A stretch of DNA of 62,809 bases, counting the filler. It is 3 parts of 3 records of this genome, joined end to end, with 100 filler letters (N's around TTAATTAATTAA, not from the genome) between each part and the next. Parts side by side here need not be neighbours in the genome. Positions count along the whole stretch, not along the records: positions 31,953 to 57,321 come from SRR20825019_1154; positions 57,422 to 62,809 come from SRR20825019_1195; 1 more part is not named here. One strand, written 5' to 3'. Both the position numbers and the translations under genes were made by a program. Numbering within the stretch: the stretch's first letter is position 1; each line of letters starts with the position of its first letter. A model generated the notes under the pieces. It was not told the DNA's origin. It searched no databases and saw only the letters and a program-made list of their open reading frames with translations. Shown here one piece after another: positions 49,106 to 59,026 of this stretch.

Positions 49106-50068
49106 TCAATCGTGCGTGGCGGCCCGAAGTTTCTCCATACCGGCTTCGTCATATTCCCAGCGTGACTTGCAGAATTCGCAGACGACGAAAACCAGACCAT
49201 CCACCGTCATGTCCCGGATTTCTTCGTCCGAGAGGGATGTCAGCACGCTTTCCACCCGGTCTTTCGAGCAGCGGCAGCGTTCCATCACGGGCTGGGCCGG
49301 ATAGGCCCGGATACCGTTTTCGTGGAACAGGCGGAACAGCAGCCGGTCCGGCGCGACACGGGTGCCGGCGATCTCGTCCGGGGTCGCGCTGCTGAGCATT
49401 ACCATGGCAGTGCGCCAGGCATCCTCGTAGGCGTCCATGTCATGCACGGTACGGGCCTTGCCCGGCTCCGGCGCCTCGCCACCGTCGAGCGGCATGCGCT
49501 GCAGCATCAGGGCGCCCGCCCGCCAGATACCGAACTCGTCCTTGCGCACGGCGACATTGATGCCGGTCTCGAGCTGCTCCGACTGGCGGAAATATTCGTG
49601 CGTGCATTCCGCCAGCGTCTGTCCGGCCAGCGGCACGATGCCCTGATAGCGCTCCGTGTCCGTGCCCTGATCGACGGTGAAGGCGATATAGCCGCCACCG
49701 ATCATCCGGGGAACGGTGGCTTCGCCGTTCTCGGCCGCCTGCTTCACGGCATCCTCGTCGAAGGCCGCATAGCCGCGCAGGTGGCCGTCGCTGGTGAAAT
49801 CCGCGAGCATGGTGCGGATCGGCCCGTCGCCCTTGATCTGCAGCGAGAACACGCCCTCGTATTTGAGGGCGCCGGCGAGGCAGACCGTAATGGTCATGAC
49901 CTCGCCGAGCAGTTTGGATACCGGTTCCGGATAGCCGTGCCGGTCCAGAATGGTATGGGCGGCCGAGTTCAGCCGTACCATCCGGCCGCGCAGGCCGAAC
50001 GGGTCGACCTGGAACGGCAGCAACAGATCATCATGACCCGACTCTGCGAAAATGTCGGCGGTGCTCAT
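49106..50068 (-). CDS. hslO: Hsp33 redox-regulated chaperone
   Basis: YQGIV, YFRQSEQ, CRCS…CEFC zinc motif. Confidence 0.95.
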   Translation of the reverse strand: MSTADIFAESGHDDLLLPFQVDPFGLRGRMVRLNSAAHTILDRHGYPEPVSKLLGEVMTITVCLAGALKYEGVFSLQIKGDGPIRTMLADFTSDGHLRGYAAFDEDAVKQAAENGEATVPRMIGGGYIAFTVDQGTDTERYQGIVPLAGQTLAECTHEYFRQSEQLETGINVAVRKDEFGIWRAGALMLQRMPLDGGEAPEPGKARTVHDMDAYEDAWRTAMVMLSSATPDEIAGTRVAPDRLLFRLFHENGIRAYPAQPVMERCRCSKDRVESVLTSLSDEEIRDMTVDGLVFVVCEFCKSRWEYDEAGMEKLRAATHD

Positions 50069-50095
50069 CTTGATCTCCGGATCAGGCGAAAGGCT

Positions 50096-50998
50096 TTATG
50101 AAAGACACCAGTTGAGGACGGCCTTCTGCGAATGCAACCGGTTCTCCGCCTCGTCGAAGACTATGGATTGCGGGCCGTCGATGACTTCCGCCGTCACTTC
50201 CTCGCCGCGATGGGCGGGCAGGCAATGCATGAAGATCGCGTCCGGCTTCGCCTTCGCCATCAGCTCTTCGGTCACCTGGTACGGGCCGAGCTGGTTATGC
50301 ACGTTGGAGCTGTCGTCGCCCATGGAGACCCAGGTATCGGTCACCACGCAATCGACATCCTTCACGGCTTCTTCCGGATCGTGCGTCAGGATGACGTTGC
50401 CGCCATTCTTCCTGGCCCATTCCAGCAGGGCCGGGTCCGGACTGCGTTCCGCCGGGCAGGCGATGCGGAGCTCGAAGCCGAATTTTGTCGCCGCGTGAAT
50501 CCAGGACGACGCCATGTTGTTACCGTCGCCGCTCCAGGCGACGACCTTGCCCTGGATCGGGCCGCGATGCTCTTCGAAGGCCATGATGTCAGCCATCAGC
50601 TGGCAGGGATGAGAATGGTCCGTCAGGCCATTGATGACGGGAACGGTGGCATGCTCCGCCATCTCCCGGATCGTGGCCTCGTCGAAGGTCCGCATCATGA
50701 TGCAGTCGACATAGCGGGACAGCACCTTCGCAGTGTCGCTGACCGACTCGCCACGGCCAAGTTGCAGATCGGCCGCGTTCAGCACCACGACTTCGCCGCC
50801 GAGTTGCTTCATGCCGACTTCGAAGGAGACGCGGGTCCGGGTCGACGGTTTCTCGAAAATCATTGCGAGCGTTTTGCCGGCCAGCGGTTTTTCGGTGCCG
50901 GCTTCGCCGCGTTTCATCGCCATACCTTCATCGACAATAGCCCGAAGGGTGAGCGCATCGATCTGGTCGAGATCGAGGAAATGGTTCTGTTTGGTCAT
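50096..50998 (-). CDS. argF: Ornithine carbamoyltransferase
   Basis: PSTRT, HPCQ, SMG, HCLP, EAENR; start MTKQNHF. Confidence 0.96.
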   Translation of the reverse strand: MTKQNHFLDLDQIDALTLRAIVDEGMAMKRGEAGTEKPLAGKTLAMIFEKPSTRTRVSFEVGMKQLGGEVVVLNAADLQLGRGESVSDTAKVLSRYVDCIMMRTFDEATIREMAEHATVPVINGLTDHSHPCQLMADIMAFEEHRGPIQGKVVAWSGDGNNMASSWIHAATKFGFELRIACPAERSPDPALLEWARKNGGNVILTHDPEEAVKDVDCVVTDTWVSMGDDSSNVHNQLGPYQVTEELMAKAKPDAIFMHCLPAHRGEEVTAEVIDGPQSIVFDEAENRLHSQKAVLNWCLS

Positions 50999-51065
50999 AT
51001 CGGAGTTCCAGAATCGGGGGCGGACGCCGGCCGGCTCCATCCGTGGGAGCCGGCCGGGTGCCTGT

Positions 51066-52238
51066 TCAGGCGTCCCAGTCCGCGCAGACTTTCTCGATAA
51101 TGCCGCAGGCTTCGGCGACATGGTTTTCGTCGATGATCAGCGGCGGCAGGATACGCAGAACGTTTCCTCCGGCGCCGACGGTCAGCAGGCCGGCTTCGCG
51201 CAGCTTGCCCTGGAAGTCGGTATTCTTGACTTCGCAGGCCAGGCCGAGCATCAGGCCCTTGCCCTTGACCGCCGAAAAGATCTTCGGATGTCGTGACGCG
51301 ATTGCTTCCAGACGGTTGTGGAAGTCCTCGCCGAGTGTCGTGACGCGCTCCAGCAGGCCCGGCTCCAGCAGCACATCGAGCACCGCATTGGCGACTGCCA
51401 TCCCCAGCGGGTTACCGCCGAAGGTGGAGCCATGGGTGCCCGGCGCCATGCCGGACGCGGCCTTCTCGCTTGCCAGAATGGCACCAACCGGAAAGCCGCC
51501 GCCAAGACCCTTGGCAAGCGTCATGATGTCCGGCGCGACCCCGGCCCATTCATAGGCCCAGAGCTTGCCGGTCCGGCCCATGCCGCACTGGATTTCGTCG
51601 AAGATCAGCAGAGCGCCGAATTCGTCCGCCGCCTGGCGGAGCGCCTTCAGATACTCGACATCGGCGGTGTTGATACCGCCTTCGCCCTGGATCGGCTCAA
51701 CCAGGATGGCGGCGGTCTTCTCGCCCATCGCCTCGCGCATCTCGTTCATGTTGCCGAAAGCGACATGACGGAAGCCTTCCGGGCGCGGGCCGAAGCCGGT
51801 CCGGTAGGTTTCGTTATCGCCAGCCGACAAGGTCGTCAGCGTCCGGCCGTGGAAGGCGGAAGTGCAGCAGACGATCTCGTTCCGCTCTTTCTCGCCGCGT
51901 TCCCACTGGTATTTGCGGGCGATCTTCAGCGCGCCTTCATTCGCCTCGGCACCGGAATTCGCGAAGAACACCGTGTCGGCGAAGGAATTCTGCACCAGCC
52001 GGTCGGCCAGCCGCTTCTGTTCCGGAACCTCATAGAGGTTGGAGACGTGCCACAGCTTTTCCGACTGGCTCTTCAGCGTTTCGACCAGATGCGGATGTGC
52101 GTGACCGAGGGAGTTGGTGGCGATCCCCGATGCGAAATCGAGATATCGTCGGCCTTCGGTGCTATACAGATAAGGGCCATCCCCCCGCTCGAAAGCGATA
52201 TCTATACGCCCGTATGTGGGCATCACCGTGGTAACCAA
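51066..52238 (-). CDS. argD: Acetylornithine aminotransferase
   Basis: TTG start after [51 protein letters not shown]. Confidence 0.95.
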   Translation of the reverse strand: MVTTVMPTYGRIDIAFERGDGPYLYSTEGRRYLDFASGIATNSLGHAHPHLVETLKSQSEKLWHVSNLYEVPEQKRLADRLVQNSFADTVFFANSGAEANEGALKIARKYQWERGEKERNEIVCCTSAFHGRTLTTLSAGDNETYRTGFGPRPEGFRHVAFGNMNEMREAMGEKTAAILVEPIQGEGGINTADVEYLKALRQAADEFGALLIFDEIQCGMGRTGKLWAYEWAGVAPDIMTLAKGLGGGFPVGAILASEKAASGMAPGTHGSTFGGNPLGMAVANAVLDVLLEPGLLERVTTLGEDFHNRLEAIASRHPKIFSAVKGKGLMLGLACEVKNTDFQGKLREAGLLTVGAGGNVLRILPPLIIDENHVAEACGIIEKVCADWDA

Positions 52239-52409
52239 CGTCCTTCTCCACCATAAAAAATGGCGGCACCGAAAACCGGCGCCGCCGGATATCGAAAAAA
52301 GCACGGAATTCGGGGGACGCCAAGGGGAATATGGTGCCATGGCGGGGGATTTCCGCGAAACTGTGCGAATCGAGGCCGAAGACGGGCGTTTAACGCCCCC
52401 TGCTGAGGG

Positions 52410-53453
52410 TCACGCCCAGTGAAAGAGGCCTAGCGCGGCTCGCACATCATCCAGTGTCCCCTGCGTGATTTCCCGCGCCCTGTCGGTGCCGTCGCGCAGC
52501 ATCCGCATCACCTCGCCGGGATCGTCCGCAAGCCGCGCCCGGCGCTCCCGTATCGGCCAGATCAGGGTCTGTAGAATCTCTTCGAGATGATCTTTCACCG
52601 CACTGTCGCCAAGACCACCGCGGCGATACCGGGCCTTCAGGTCCGAGACCGTCGCCTGATCGTCCGAGAAAGCGTCCAGATACGTGAAGACGACATTGCC
52701 TTCGATTTTCCCCGGATCGCTGACCTTGAGGTGATCCGGGTCCGTATACATCCGCCGCACAGCGTCCCTTATGTCGTCGGGCGAGGCGGAGAGCGGGATT
52801 GCGTTGCCGGCAGATTTGCTCATCTTGCTGACACCATCGATGCCCGGAAGACGGCCGACGGCGGGGATCAGAGCGCGGGCTTCAGGCAGCAGGCTGGTGC
52901 CGGTCAGCCGGTTCAGCCGCCGGACGATCTCGTTCGTCTGCTCGATCATCGGCGCCTGGTCCTCGCCGACCGGCACCAGCGTTGCCCTGAAGGCAGTGAT
53001 GTCGGCGGCCTGGGAGACCGGGTAGCAGAGGAACCCGGCGGGAACGTCCCGCTCGAAACCGCGCTGCTGGATCTCGGTCTTAATCGTCGGGTTCCGCTCT
53101 AGCCGGGAGACGGTGACAAGGTTCAGATAAAGCAGTGTCAGTTCGGCAAGCGCGGGCAGGGCAGACTGGACGGCGATCGTGGTCAGCTCCGGATCGATGC
53201 CGACGGCCAGATAGTCGAGCGCGACCTCCAGGACGTTACGGGCCACTTTATCCGGGGCGGCGGCATTGTCCGTCAGGGCCTGGGTATCCGCGAGTAGCAG
53301 ATACTGCCGATGCGAATGCTGAAGTGCGACACGGTTCCTGATGGAGCCTGCATAATGACCGAGATGCAGGGGGCCGGTGGTCCGGTCTCCGGTGAGAATG
53401 ACGGGTTGGGTGTCGGCAACCCTGTCAAGTTTATGGTTGGTTGCGATGTTCAT
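52410..53453 (-). CDS. trpS: Tryptophan--tRNA ligase (TGDR-type)
   Basis: [34 protein letters not shown]; start MNIATNH after GGAG. Confidence 0.95.
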   Translation of the reverse strand: MNIATNHKLDRVADTQPVILTGDRTTGPLHLGHYAGSIRNRVALQHSHRQYLLLADTQALTDNAAAPDKVARNVLEVALDYLAVGIDPELTTIAVQSALPALAELTLLYLNLVTVSRLERNPTIKTEIQQRGFERDVPAGFLCYPVSQAADITAFRATLVPVGEDQAPMIEQTNEIVRRLNRLTGTSLLPEARALIPAVGRLPGIDGVSKMSKSAGNAIPLSASPDDIRDAVRRMYTDPDHLKVSDPGKIEGNVVFTYLDAFSDDQATVSDLKARYRRGGLGDSAVKDHLEEILQTLIWPIRERRARLADDPGEVMRMLRDGTDRAREITQGTLDDVRAALGLFHWA

Positions 53454-53503
53454 TGGCTGCTCCGGGAAGGAAGCCGCCGCAATTCGGAAAGATTTTAGGG
53501 GAA

Positions 53504-53563
53504 GATCCCATGCTCGCCGATAACGGCGGCAGGGATCGAAAATTGAATAACGACGTGCCGCTC
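53504..53563 (-). promoter_or_regulatory. Attenuator-like alternative RNA hairpins in the trpS leader
   Basis: GATCCC-TGC-CGCCG-TTAT-CGGCG-A-GCA-T-GGGATC hairpin (53504-53537); upstream GCGGCA can pair with its 5' arm TGCCGC. Confidence 0.7.
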
Positions 53564-53614
53564 CTAAGGGGAGGGCCACCAAAATCGGGTCAGGTTTTGT
53601 GTGTTGTTATCCAT
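53564..53614 (-). CDS. trpL: Trp leader peptide [16 protein letters not shown]
   Basis: 16-aa ORF with tandem TGG TGG, ending about 110 nt upstream of trpS. Confidence 0.8.
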   Translation of the reverse strand: MDNNTQNLTRFWWPSP

Positions 53615-53701
53615 TCGATTTTCTTCGCACGCAGGGGGCGGAACGGCAACAGGATATTTCAGGCCTCATGATCGAATTTGAAATCGTGGAAAATTTTTCA
53701 C

Positions 53702-54118
53702 CTACCACGGCCACGGGAAGATCTTCTCGCCCGGCTTTCTCGGGAGTCTCCGGAGGTCCTCCACGCCGAACCCAAACACCCGTTCGCTCACCCCGAGCAA
53801 GCCGTATTTGTAGCGGGCGACCATCAGCCAGCCGACAGGGATAAATAGGAAAGAAAGAGGATAACCGATGACAACTATCACTTTGAGAAATATGAGGTCT
53901 GAAACTAACGGCTCCGAATTCAAGAGCGCGAGACCAAACTCTATGGCGACGAAAGTCGTAAAGGCTGCAGCGTGTTTCGCGAGCCATCTCAGCTTTTTCG
54001 TGGAATGAAAATTTTCAATCAAGAGATACCCTTGATAGGAGCCAAATATAAGAGCGGCCAAAGCTATGCCTGCTTTAACGAGAAGAAGGAAACCATCGGG
54101 GATCATAGGTCCAGCCAA
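53702..54118 (-). CDS. Hypothetical membrane protein (about 3 TM)
   Basis: Hydrophobic ORF in an AT-richer segment; start uncertain. Confidence 0.55.
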   Translation of the reverse strand: MAGPMIPDGFLLLVKAGIALAALIFGSYQGYLLIENFHSTKKLRWLAKHAAAFTTFVAIEFGLALLNSEPLVSDLIFLKVIVVIGYPLSFLFIPVGWLMVARYKYGLLGVSERVFGFGVEDLRRLPRKPGEKIFPWPW

Positions 54119-54348
54119 GTCTGTCGAAACATCTACCAGTCAGAGGTCAAACGAGAGCTCTGTCTCACGTTCTGTAATTGAAAGTATCACCGTGAAGTGA
54201 TCGATACACCTATTAATTGCTAAAGATCGGGAGGGTTCTCATTGTGCAAAAACTCCATAAAATCCAACACGATCCTTCATGACTCATAAAGGCGTGGCCG
54301 CTATAGTGCATGCACTTGAGAAGCGGAATTACCAGAAAGGAGTCCGCC

Positions 54349-54519
54349 ATGACCGCACCCGTGCAGTCCAGTCTCGCTGTCTTTGCTTTCCAGGCGGACA
54401 AGCAGCAGCAAATTGTTCAGTCTCAGGTTGTCTCCAGCGCTGTCGAAACAGCGAAGCAGATCGCCCAGTCGACGGGAACGCAAGGCGCTTCCTCCGGTGG
54501 TGTCGACATCACCGTCTGA
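54349..54519 (+). CDS. Small 56-aa protein, YjfB/putative motility protein-like
   Basis: Strong RBS AGAAAGGAG; Q/S/A-rich; ends GGVDITV; followed by a terminator. Confidence 0.6.
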   Translation: MTAPVQSSLAVFAFQADKQQQIVQSQVVSSAVETAKQIAQSTGTQGASSGGVDITV

Positions 54520-54542
54520 GACCAGACCACTTTCAAAAATAC

Positions 54543-54599
54543 AAACCGGCGCGGTATGCGGGCATTTTCAATGCCCCTGTTCCGCGCCGATTTTGTTTT
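54543..54599. terminator. Probable bidirectional terminator
   Basis: CGGCGCGG…GGGCATT-TTC-AATGCCC…CCGCGCCG, followed by TTTTGTTTT and preceded by A-runs. Confidence 0.65.
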
Positions 54600-54934
54600 C
54601 AGCGTCTGCGCTGCTTGAGCTGATCGATTTCCCGTTGCTGAACTTCGAACGCCTCGATTGCGTGACGCTCCGCCTCGTCCAGCGTGCTGCGGTCGAGCTT
54701 GTCGATCAGAACCTGCATCGCCTCACCCATGCGTCCGAGCTGACGGCCGTAGGAGCCGACTTCCGACAGGATTTCCTGCTCCAGCTCCGGATCGGATGAG
54801 CGGCCGAGATTGACATTGATCAGGCTGAAATTGCTCCCGGCCCAGTCAAACACCCATTTCCACGGATTGATCGCCTGGGTGACGTCGCCCGAGAGCGGCA
54901 GGTTTACAGTGGTCGGCGCATGCAGGTTCGGCAT
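54599..54934 (-). CDS. Hypothetical protein (111 aa)
   Basis: GGAG RBS, host-like codon usage; LSGDVTQAINPW…SYGRQLGR. Confidence 0.75.
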   Translation of the reverse strand: MPNLHAPTTVNLPLSGDVTQAINPWKWVFDWAGSNFSLINVNLGRSSDPELEQEILSEVGSYGRQLGRMGEAMQVLIDKLDRSTLDEAERHAIEAFEVQQREIDQLKQRRR

Positions 54935-55037
54935 TGGTGCTCTCCGGACTTCAAAAATAAAAATAAATTTTATGCAATTTTCACGTGCATAAATAGATAT
55001 TCAAATTATTATACCCTCATTGATTGATTTTTGGGGA

Positions 55038-56375
55038 ATGAAAATGGCTGAGGTAACCACAGGTAAGACAACTGATGAGTGGACGGCGCTTCTATCCGGA
55101 AAATATTACGGGATGGTCTGGCTAGGGTTGGCGAACGCTGCCTATACCAGCGACTGGAAGCGGAACAAGGGTGAGATAACAAGCGATCTGAAGTTCGCAA
55201 TCGAGACGACGGAATATATGCCACTCCTCCCGGATGAGGGTTTCGCGGGTCAGGAAAAGGCGACTCCGGTGCCTGGTTACTGGCAACTCGACTGGGGCCC
55301 GGCTATTGCGGATGACTGGAGTAACCTGGTTTACATCGCGTCCTATCGGAACCCGGATGGAACAGCGATCTTCTTTACTGTCGGTATTCGCGGAACGGAT
55401 ACCAGTACGGGCATAAAGGGGATCGTCAACCAGGTGTTCCAGGATCTGGATTCTTTCACCGTACAGCCATGGGCCGATTACCTGAATGACGGGATTGATC
55501 GAAAGGATCATCCCAAACTCGGCCCGCCGCAGAAGGTCAATAAAGCCCGTGTTGCGGACCTTGGAAATGTCGCGACGGGTACCATGGAGGGCTTCAACAA
55601 GATGGCCGGCCTGAAGGGCACCCTGCTGCACTGGAAACCGGGTGCATCTGTCTCGCAAGATTGTGTTCTTGTTGACGCCCTGAACTATTTGCTGGGAACG
55701 ACGGATGTTCCGATCGTCGTGACAGGGCATAGTCTTGGCGGATGCCAGACCCAGGTGATGACATCCTATCTTGACTGGCAGTTTCCGTCGCATTGCGTCA
55801 TCGGCCATCCCTTTGCACCTTCGACGGCCGGTGATTCTGGTTTCGCCAAGCAACAGGCCTTTTCCAAGGGATGTTTCTGGTGGTGCACGCTCGATTTCAT
55901 ACCTTGCGGTTACGGTCCCGTTTCTGATTACGGGCTCGTTTCCGATACCTCGAAGACTCGTGAAGATTTCTACAAGTTCAATCTCGCTATTTCTTGGGCG
56001 CTGAAGAACCAGTGGAAGGAATCGGTCTGGCCGGGAACGGATCCTGCAGAATCAGGTCCTTCACTTCCAGCGAAGTGGGGGCTGGCGGCTGCGCGCGATC
56101 TTGGTGGGGCAATCATCGAACGTTTGGAGTTCCGCCGTCCGACCCTGGCTGGCATGGAGAACGTGATGCTTGTGGGAGAGCTTCCGACCTTTGACGTGAT
56201 GCGGGATTTCCTAATCGCTCAGGGAATTGACCCAACAGACAAGGATTTGAGAAAGTCTTCGAATCAGTTGGAATGGCAGCATTTTCCGCCGAATTACAAA
56301 CTGATGCTGTGGGAACGTTGCCAGTCTGATTTGGTCTACTTCAATTATCAGACCTACAAGAATCTCTATTCTTGA
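55038..56375 (+). CDS. Lipase class 3-like alpha/beta hydrolase
   Basis: VGIRGT, IVVTGHSLGG nucleophile elbow, FAPSTAG; no signal peptide; start uncertain. Confidence 0.8.
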   Translation: MKMAEVTTGKTTDEWTALLSGKYYGMVWLGLANAAYTSDWKRNKGEITSDLKFAIETTEYMPLLPDEGFAGQEKATPVPGYWQLDWGPAIADDWSNLVYIASYRNPDGTAIFFTVGIRGTDTSTGIKGIVNQVFQDLDSFTVQPWADYLNDGIDRKDHPKLGPPQKVNKARVADLGNVATGTMEGFNKMAGLKGTLLHWKPGASVSQDCVLVDALNYLLGTTDVPIVVTGHSLGGCQTQVMTSYLDWQFPSHCVIGHPFAPSTAGDSGFAKQQAFSKGCFWWCTLDFIPCGYGPVSDYGLVSDTSKTREDFYKFNLAISWALKNQWKESVWPGTDPAESGPSLPAKWGLAAARDLGGAIIERLEFRRPTLAGMENVMLVGELPTFDVMRDFLIAQGIDPTDKDLRKSSNQLEWQHFPPNYKLMLWERCQSDLVYFNYQTYKNLYS

Positions 56376-56446
56376 TCTCGTGTACGGGCGTTGAGCGGTA
56401 TCGCCGGCGGTGTGCCGCTCAACGCTTGGCCTGTCTTACGGACAGC

Positions 56447-57321
56447 CTACGCCGTGCGGAAATGCTTGCCGAGCTTCAGGCCCTGGCCCTGATAGTTCGA
56501 GCCGATGCCGCCGGCGCCATAGATCTTGTCCGGGACTTCGGTCAGCGGCTCATACACCAGGCGGCAGACGATCTGGCCGTCGGTGATGACGAAGGGCACG
56601 TCGTGGGAGCGCACTTCGAGCACGCCGCGGGTTGCCTCTCCACCAGCTTCGCTCAGACCAAAACCGGGATCGAAGAAGCCTGCATAATGCACCCGGAACT
56701 CGCCGACCTTCGTGTCGTAGGCCCGCATCTCCGCCGCGTAATCGAGCGGAACGGTGAGATATTCCTTTGAGGCGAGGATGTAGAATTCATCCGGGTCCAG
56801 TATCAGCTCGCCCGGCCGGTTCTGCTGGCGGTACAGCGGCTCCCAGAAATCCAGCACGTCATAGCCGTTCGGATTGTCGATATCGATCAGGCCGGTATGC
56901 TGCTTTGCCTTGTAGCCGATCAGGCCGGTCTTCGCTTCGCCGGTCAGGTCGACGCTGACGGCGACGCCTTCCTTGATGTCGACCTCATGACCGCTGACCA
57001 GCACCACGCTGTCCTGCAGCCGCCGCATCGCGGTGTCGCTGGCAACCGGGTTACCGCGCCGGAAACGGAGCTGGTTCAGCCGGGAGCCAGTGCGGGCCAG
57101 CACGCTGAAGGTGCGTGGGCTGATCTCGGCATAGAGCGGGCCGTCATAGCCCTCGCGCACGCTCTCGAACTCGGTGCCATGATCGGTGATCAGCCGGGTG
57201 AAGATATCGAGCCGGCCGGTGGAGCTTTTCGGGTTCGCCGTGCCGGAGACCTTGGGCGGCAGCGAGACACTTTCCTGCAGCCGGACGATATAGACACAGC
57301 CCTTCTCCAGCACCGCGCCGT
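56447..57321 (-). CDS. dcd: dCTP deaminase (alphaproteobacterial long form), 5'-truncated
   Basis: ANPKSSTGRLD, EFRVHYAGFFDPGFG, LEVR, SNYQGQGLKL.KHF. Confidence 0.92.
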
Positions 57322-57421
57322 NNNNNNNNNNNNNNNNNNNNNNNNNNNNNNNNNNNNNNNNNNNNTTAATTAATTAANNNNNNNNNNNNNNNNNNNNNNN
57401 NNNNNNNNNNNNNNNNNNNNN
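57322..57421. other. Artificial contig spacer
   Basis: Same 100-nt N/TTAATTAATTAA/N linker. Confidence 0.98.
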
Positions 57422-57512
57422 TCCAGCGGGCCCCGGGCAGGCCGCCGCGCAGAAGCGAGAGGCTTAAAGCCTGTTCGCGCGGAATTTCGAGGGCGGTGAA
57501 TAATCTCGGCAT
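57422..57512 (-). CDS. thpR: RNA 2',3'-cyclic phosphodiesterase, N-terminal fragment
   Basis: MPRLFTALEIPREQALSLSLLRGGLPGARW; usual neighbour of the arylesterase gene in Rhizobiales. Confidence 0.8.
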
Positions 57513-57578
57513 GGCGAGCTCCCCGAATCTGCTTCTGACACTGTCAGCGAATCATTTAAGCCGTCATGATGCAAGGAG

Positions 57579-58226
57579 TTATTCTGATTGCCCACTGATT
57601 GTTGCAATAAAGCCTTCAACCGCTGGCAGTGTACTTTTGACCATGACCTCCACCCCGTCAGCATTGGGATGCATGCCATCGGCAAGCTGCAAATCGGGAT
57701 GTGTCGTCACGCCATCCAGAAAAAACGGGTAAAGCGGCAGATCATATTTTTCGGCCAGTTCACCATAGATCGGATTGAACCGGGCGGCGTAATCCTCACC
57801 CATATTCGGTGGGGAGATCATCCCCATCAGCATTACCGGGATATCGCGACTTTCAAGCCGCGTGATAACCGCCTCAAGATTTTCCCTAATGTTTTTCGGG
57901 CCGACACCTCTGAGCGCGTCATTGGCACCGAGTTCAAGAATGACACCGTCCGTACCGTCGGGAACCGACCAGTCGACCCGTGCCAGTCCGCCACTGGTAG
58001 TATCGCCGGAGACACCGGCATTGATCACGGAGATTTGATAGCCCCTGCCTCTCAAAGCGGCCTGAAGTCTCGCCGGGTAATCCTCTCCTGCACCCAGCTG
58101 ATATCCCGCCACAAGGCTATCGCCCAGCACCACGATTTCCAGCGGATCGCTTTTTTCTGCAACGGCAGCACCGGCAAAAACAGCCGTTAAAGCAAAAACA
58201 ATCGGGGCTATCGCTTTTAATCGCAT
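57579..58226 (-). CDS. tesA: Arylesterase/acyl-CoA thioesterase I (SGNH)
   Basis: Signal peptide, GDSL, GVSGDT, GANDALRG, DGMHP. Confidence 0.93.
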   Translation of the reverse strand: MRLKAIAPIVFALTAVFAGAAVAEKSDPLEIVVLGDSLVAGYQLGAGEDYPARLQAALRGRGYQISVINAGVSGDTTSGGLARVDWSVPDGTDGVILELGANDALRGVGPKNIRENLEAVITRLESRDIPVMLMGMISPPNMGEDYAARFNPIYGELAEKYDLPLYPFFLDGVTTHPDLQLADGMHPNADGVEVMVKSTLPAVEGFIATISGQSE

Positions 58227-58321
58227 GATCGGGCTCCTAAATCTTTCTGGTCCGCCTGTGGCGGCTCTGCGTAATCCTTTATGTGTTTATCACGATAACA
58301 TTTTCAAAGCGGGACAGTGAT

Positions 58322-59026
58322 TTGGCTGATACTCTTATCAAAATTGAAGACGCAGAACTGACCCTTGGCAGCGGTTCGGCAGCGGTTCATGTGCTGAAAG
58401 GCATGTCCCTCGACATTGCCCGCGGCGAGTCCATCGGCATACTCGGTCCCTCCGGTTCGGGAAAGTCTACACTCTTGATGGTGATCGCCGGGCTGGAACG
58501 GCTGGACAAGGGTAATATCAGCATTGGCGGTACAACGCTCACACCGCTTTCCGAAGATGCACTGGCCTCTTTTCGAGGTGAAAACATCGGCATTGTGTTT
58601 CAATCATTTCATCTGATCGCCAATATGACGGCACTGGAAAATGCTGCCATTCCGCTGGAACTTGCCGGCCGCACAGATGCGTTCGAGCGGGCCCGCGCCG
58701 CACTTGAAAGCGTCGGCCTCGGCCATCGACTGACACATTACCCCGGCCAGCTTTCCGGCGGAGAACAGCAGCGTGTTGCCATTGCCCGTGCGCTTGCCCC
58801 GGAACCGGCTGTGCTGATCGCGGATGAACCAACAGGAAACCTGGACGGAGAAACCGGCAGGCAGGTCGCCGATATTCTTTTCGAGCGCCAGAAGGTCAGC
58901 GGCACAACGCTGGTACTGGTCACGCATGACCCCTCACTTGCCGCACGCTGTGACCGGCAGATTCATGTTCGCTCCGGCGAAATCGTAGCACCGGCCGCAA
59001 ACAAAACCGAACTGGCCAGCCGATGA
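58322..59026 (+). CDS. ybbA: ABC ATP-binding protein, YbbA-like
   Basis: GPSGSGKS, LSGGEQQR, ADEPTGNLD, VTHD; divergent from tesA. Confidence 0.88.
   Translation: MADTLIKIEDAELTLGSGSAAVHVLKGMSLDIARGESIGILGPSGSGKSTLLMVIAGLERLDKGNISIGGTTLTPLSEDALASFRGENIGIVFQSFHLIANMTALENAAIPLELAGRTDAFERARAALESVGLGHRLTHYPGQLSGGEQQRVAIARALAPEPAVLIADEPTGNLDGETGRQVADILFERQKVSGTTLVLVTHDPSLAARCDRQIHVRSGEIVAPAANKTELASR

Noticed and set aside
54277-54304. Possible sigma28 promoter before the small YjfB-like gene
   Set aside because: GCCGCTAT resembles a -10 element, but no correctly spaced TAAA -35 is present.
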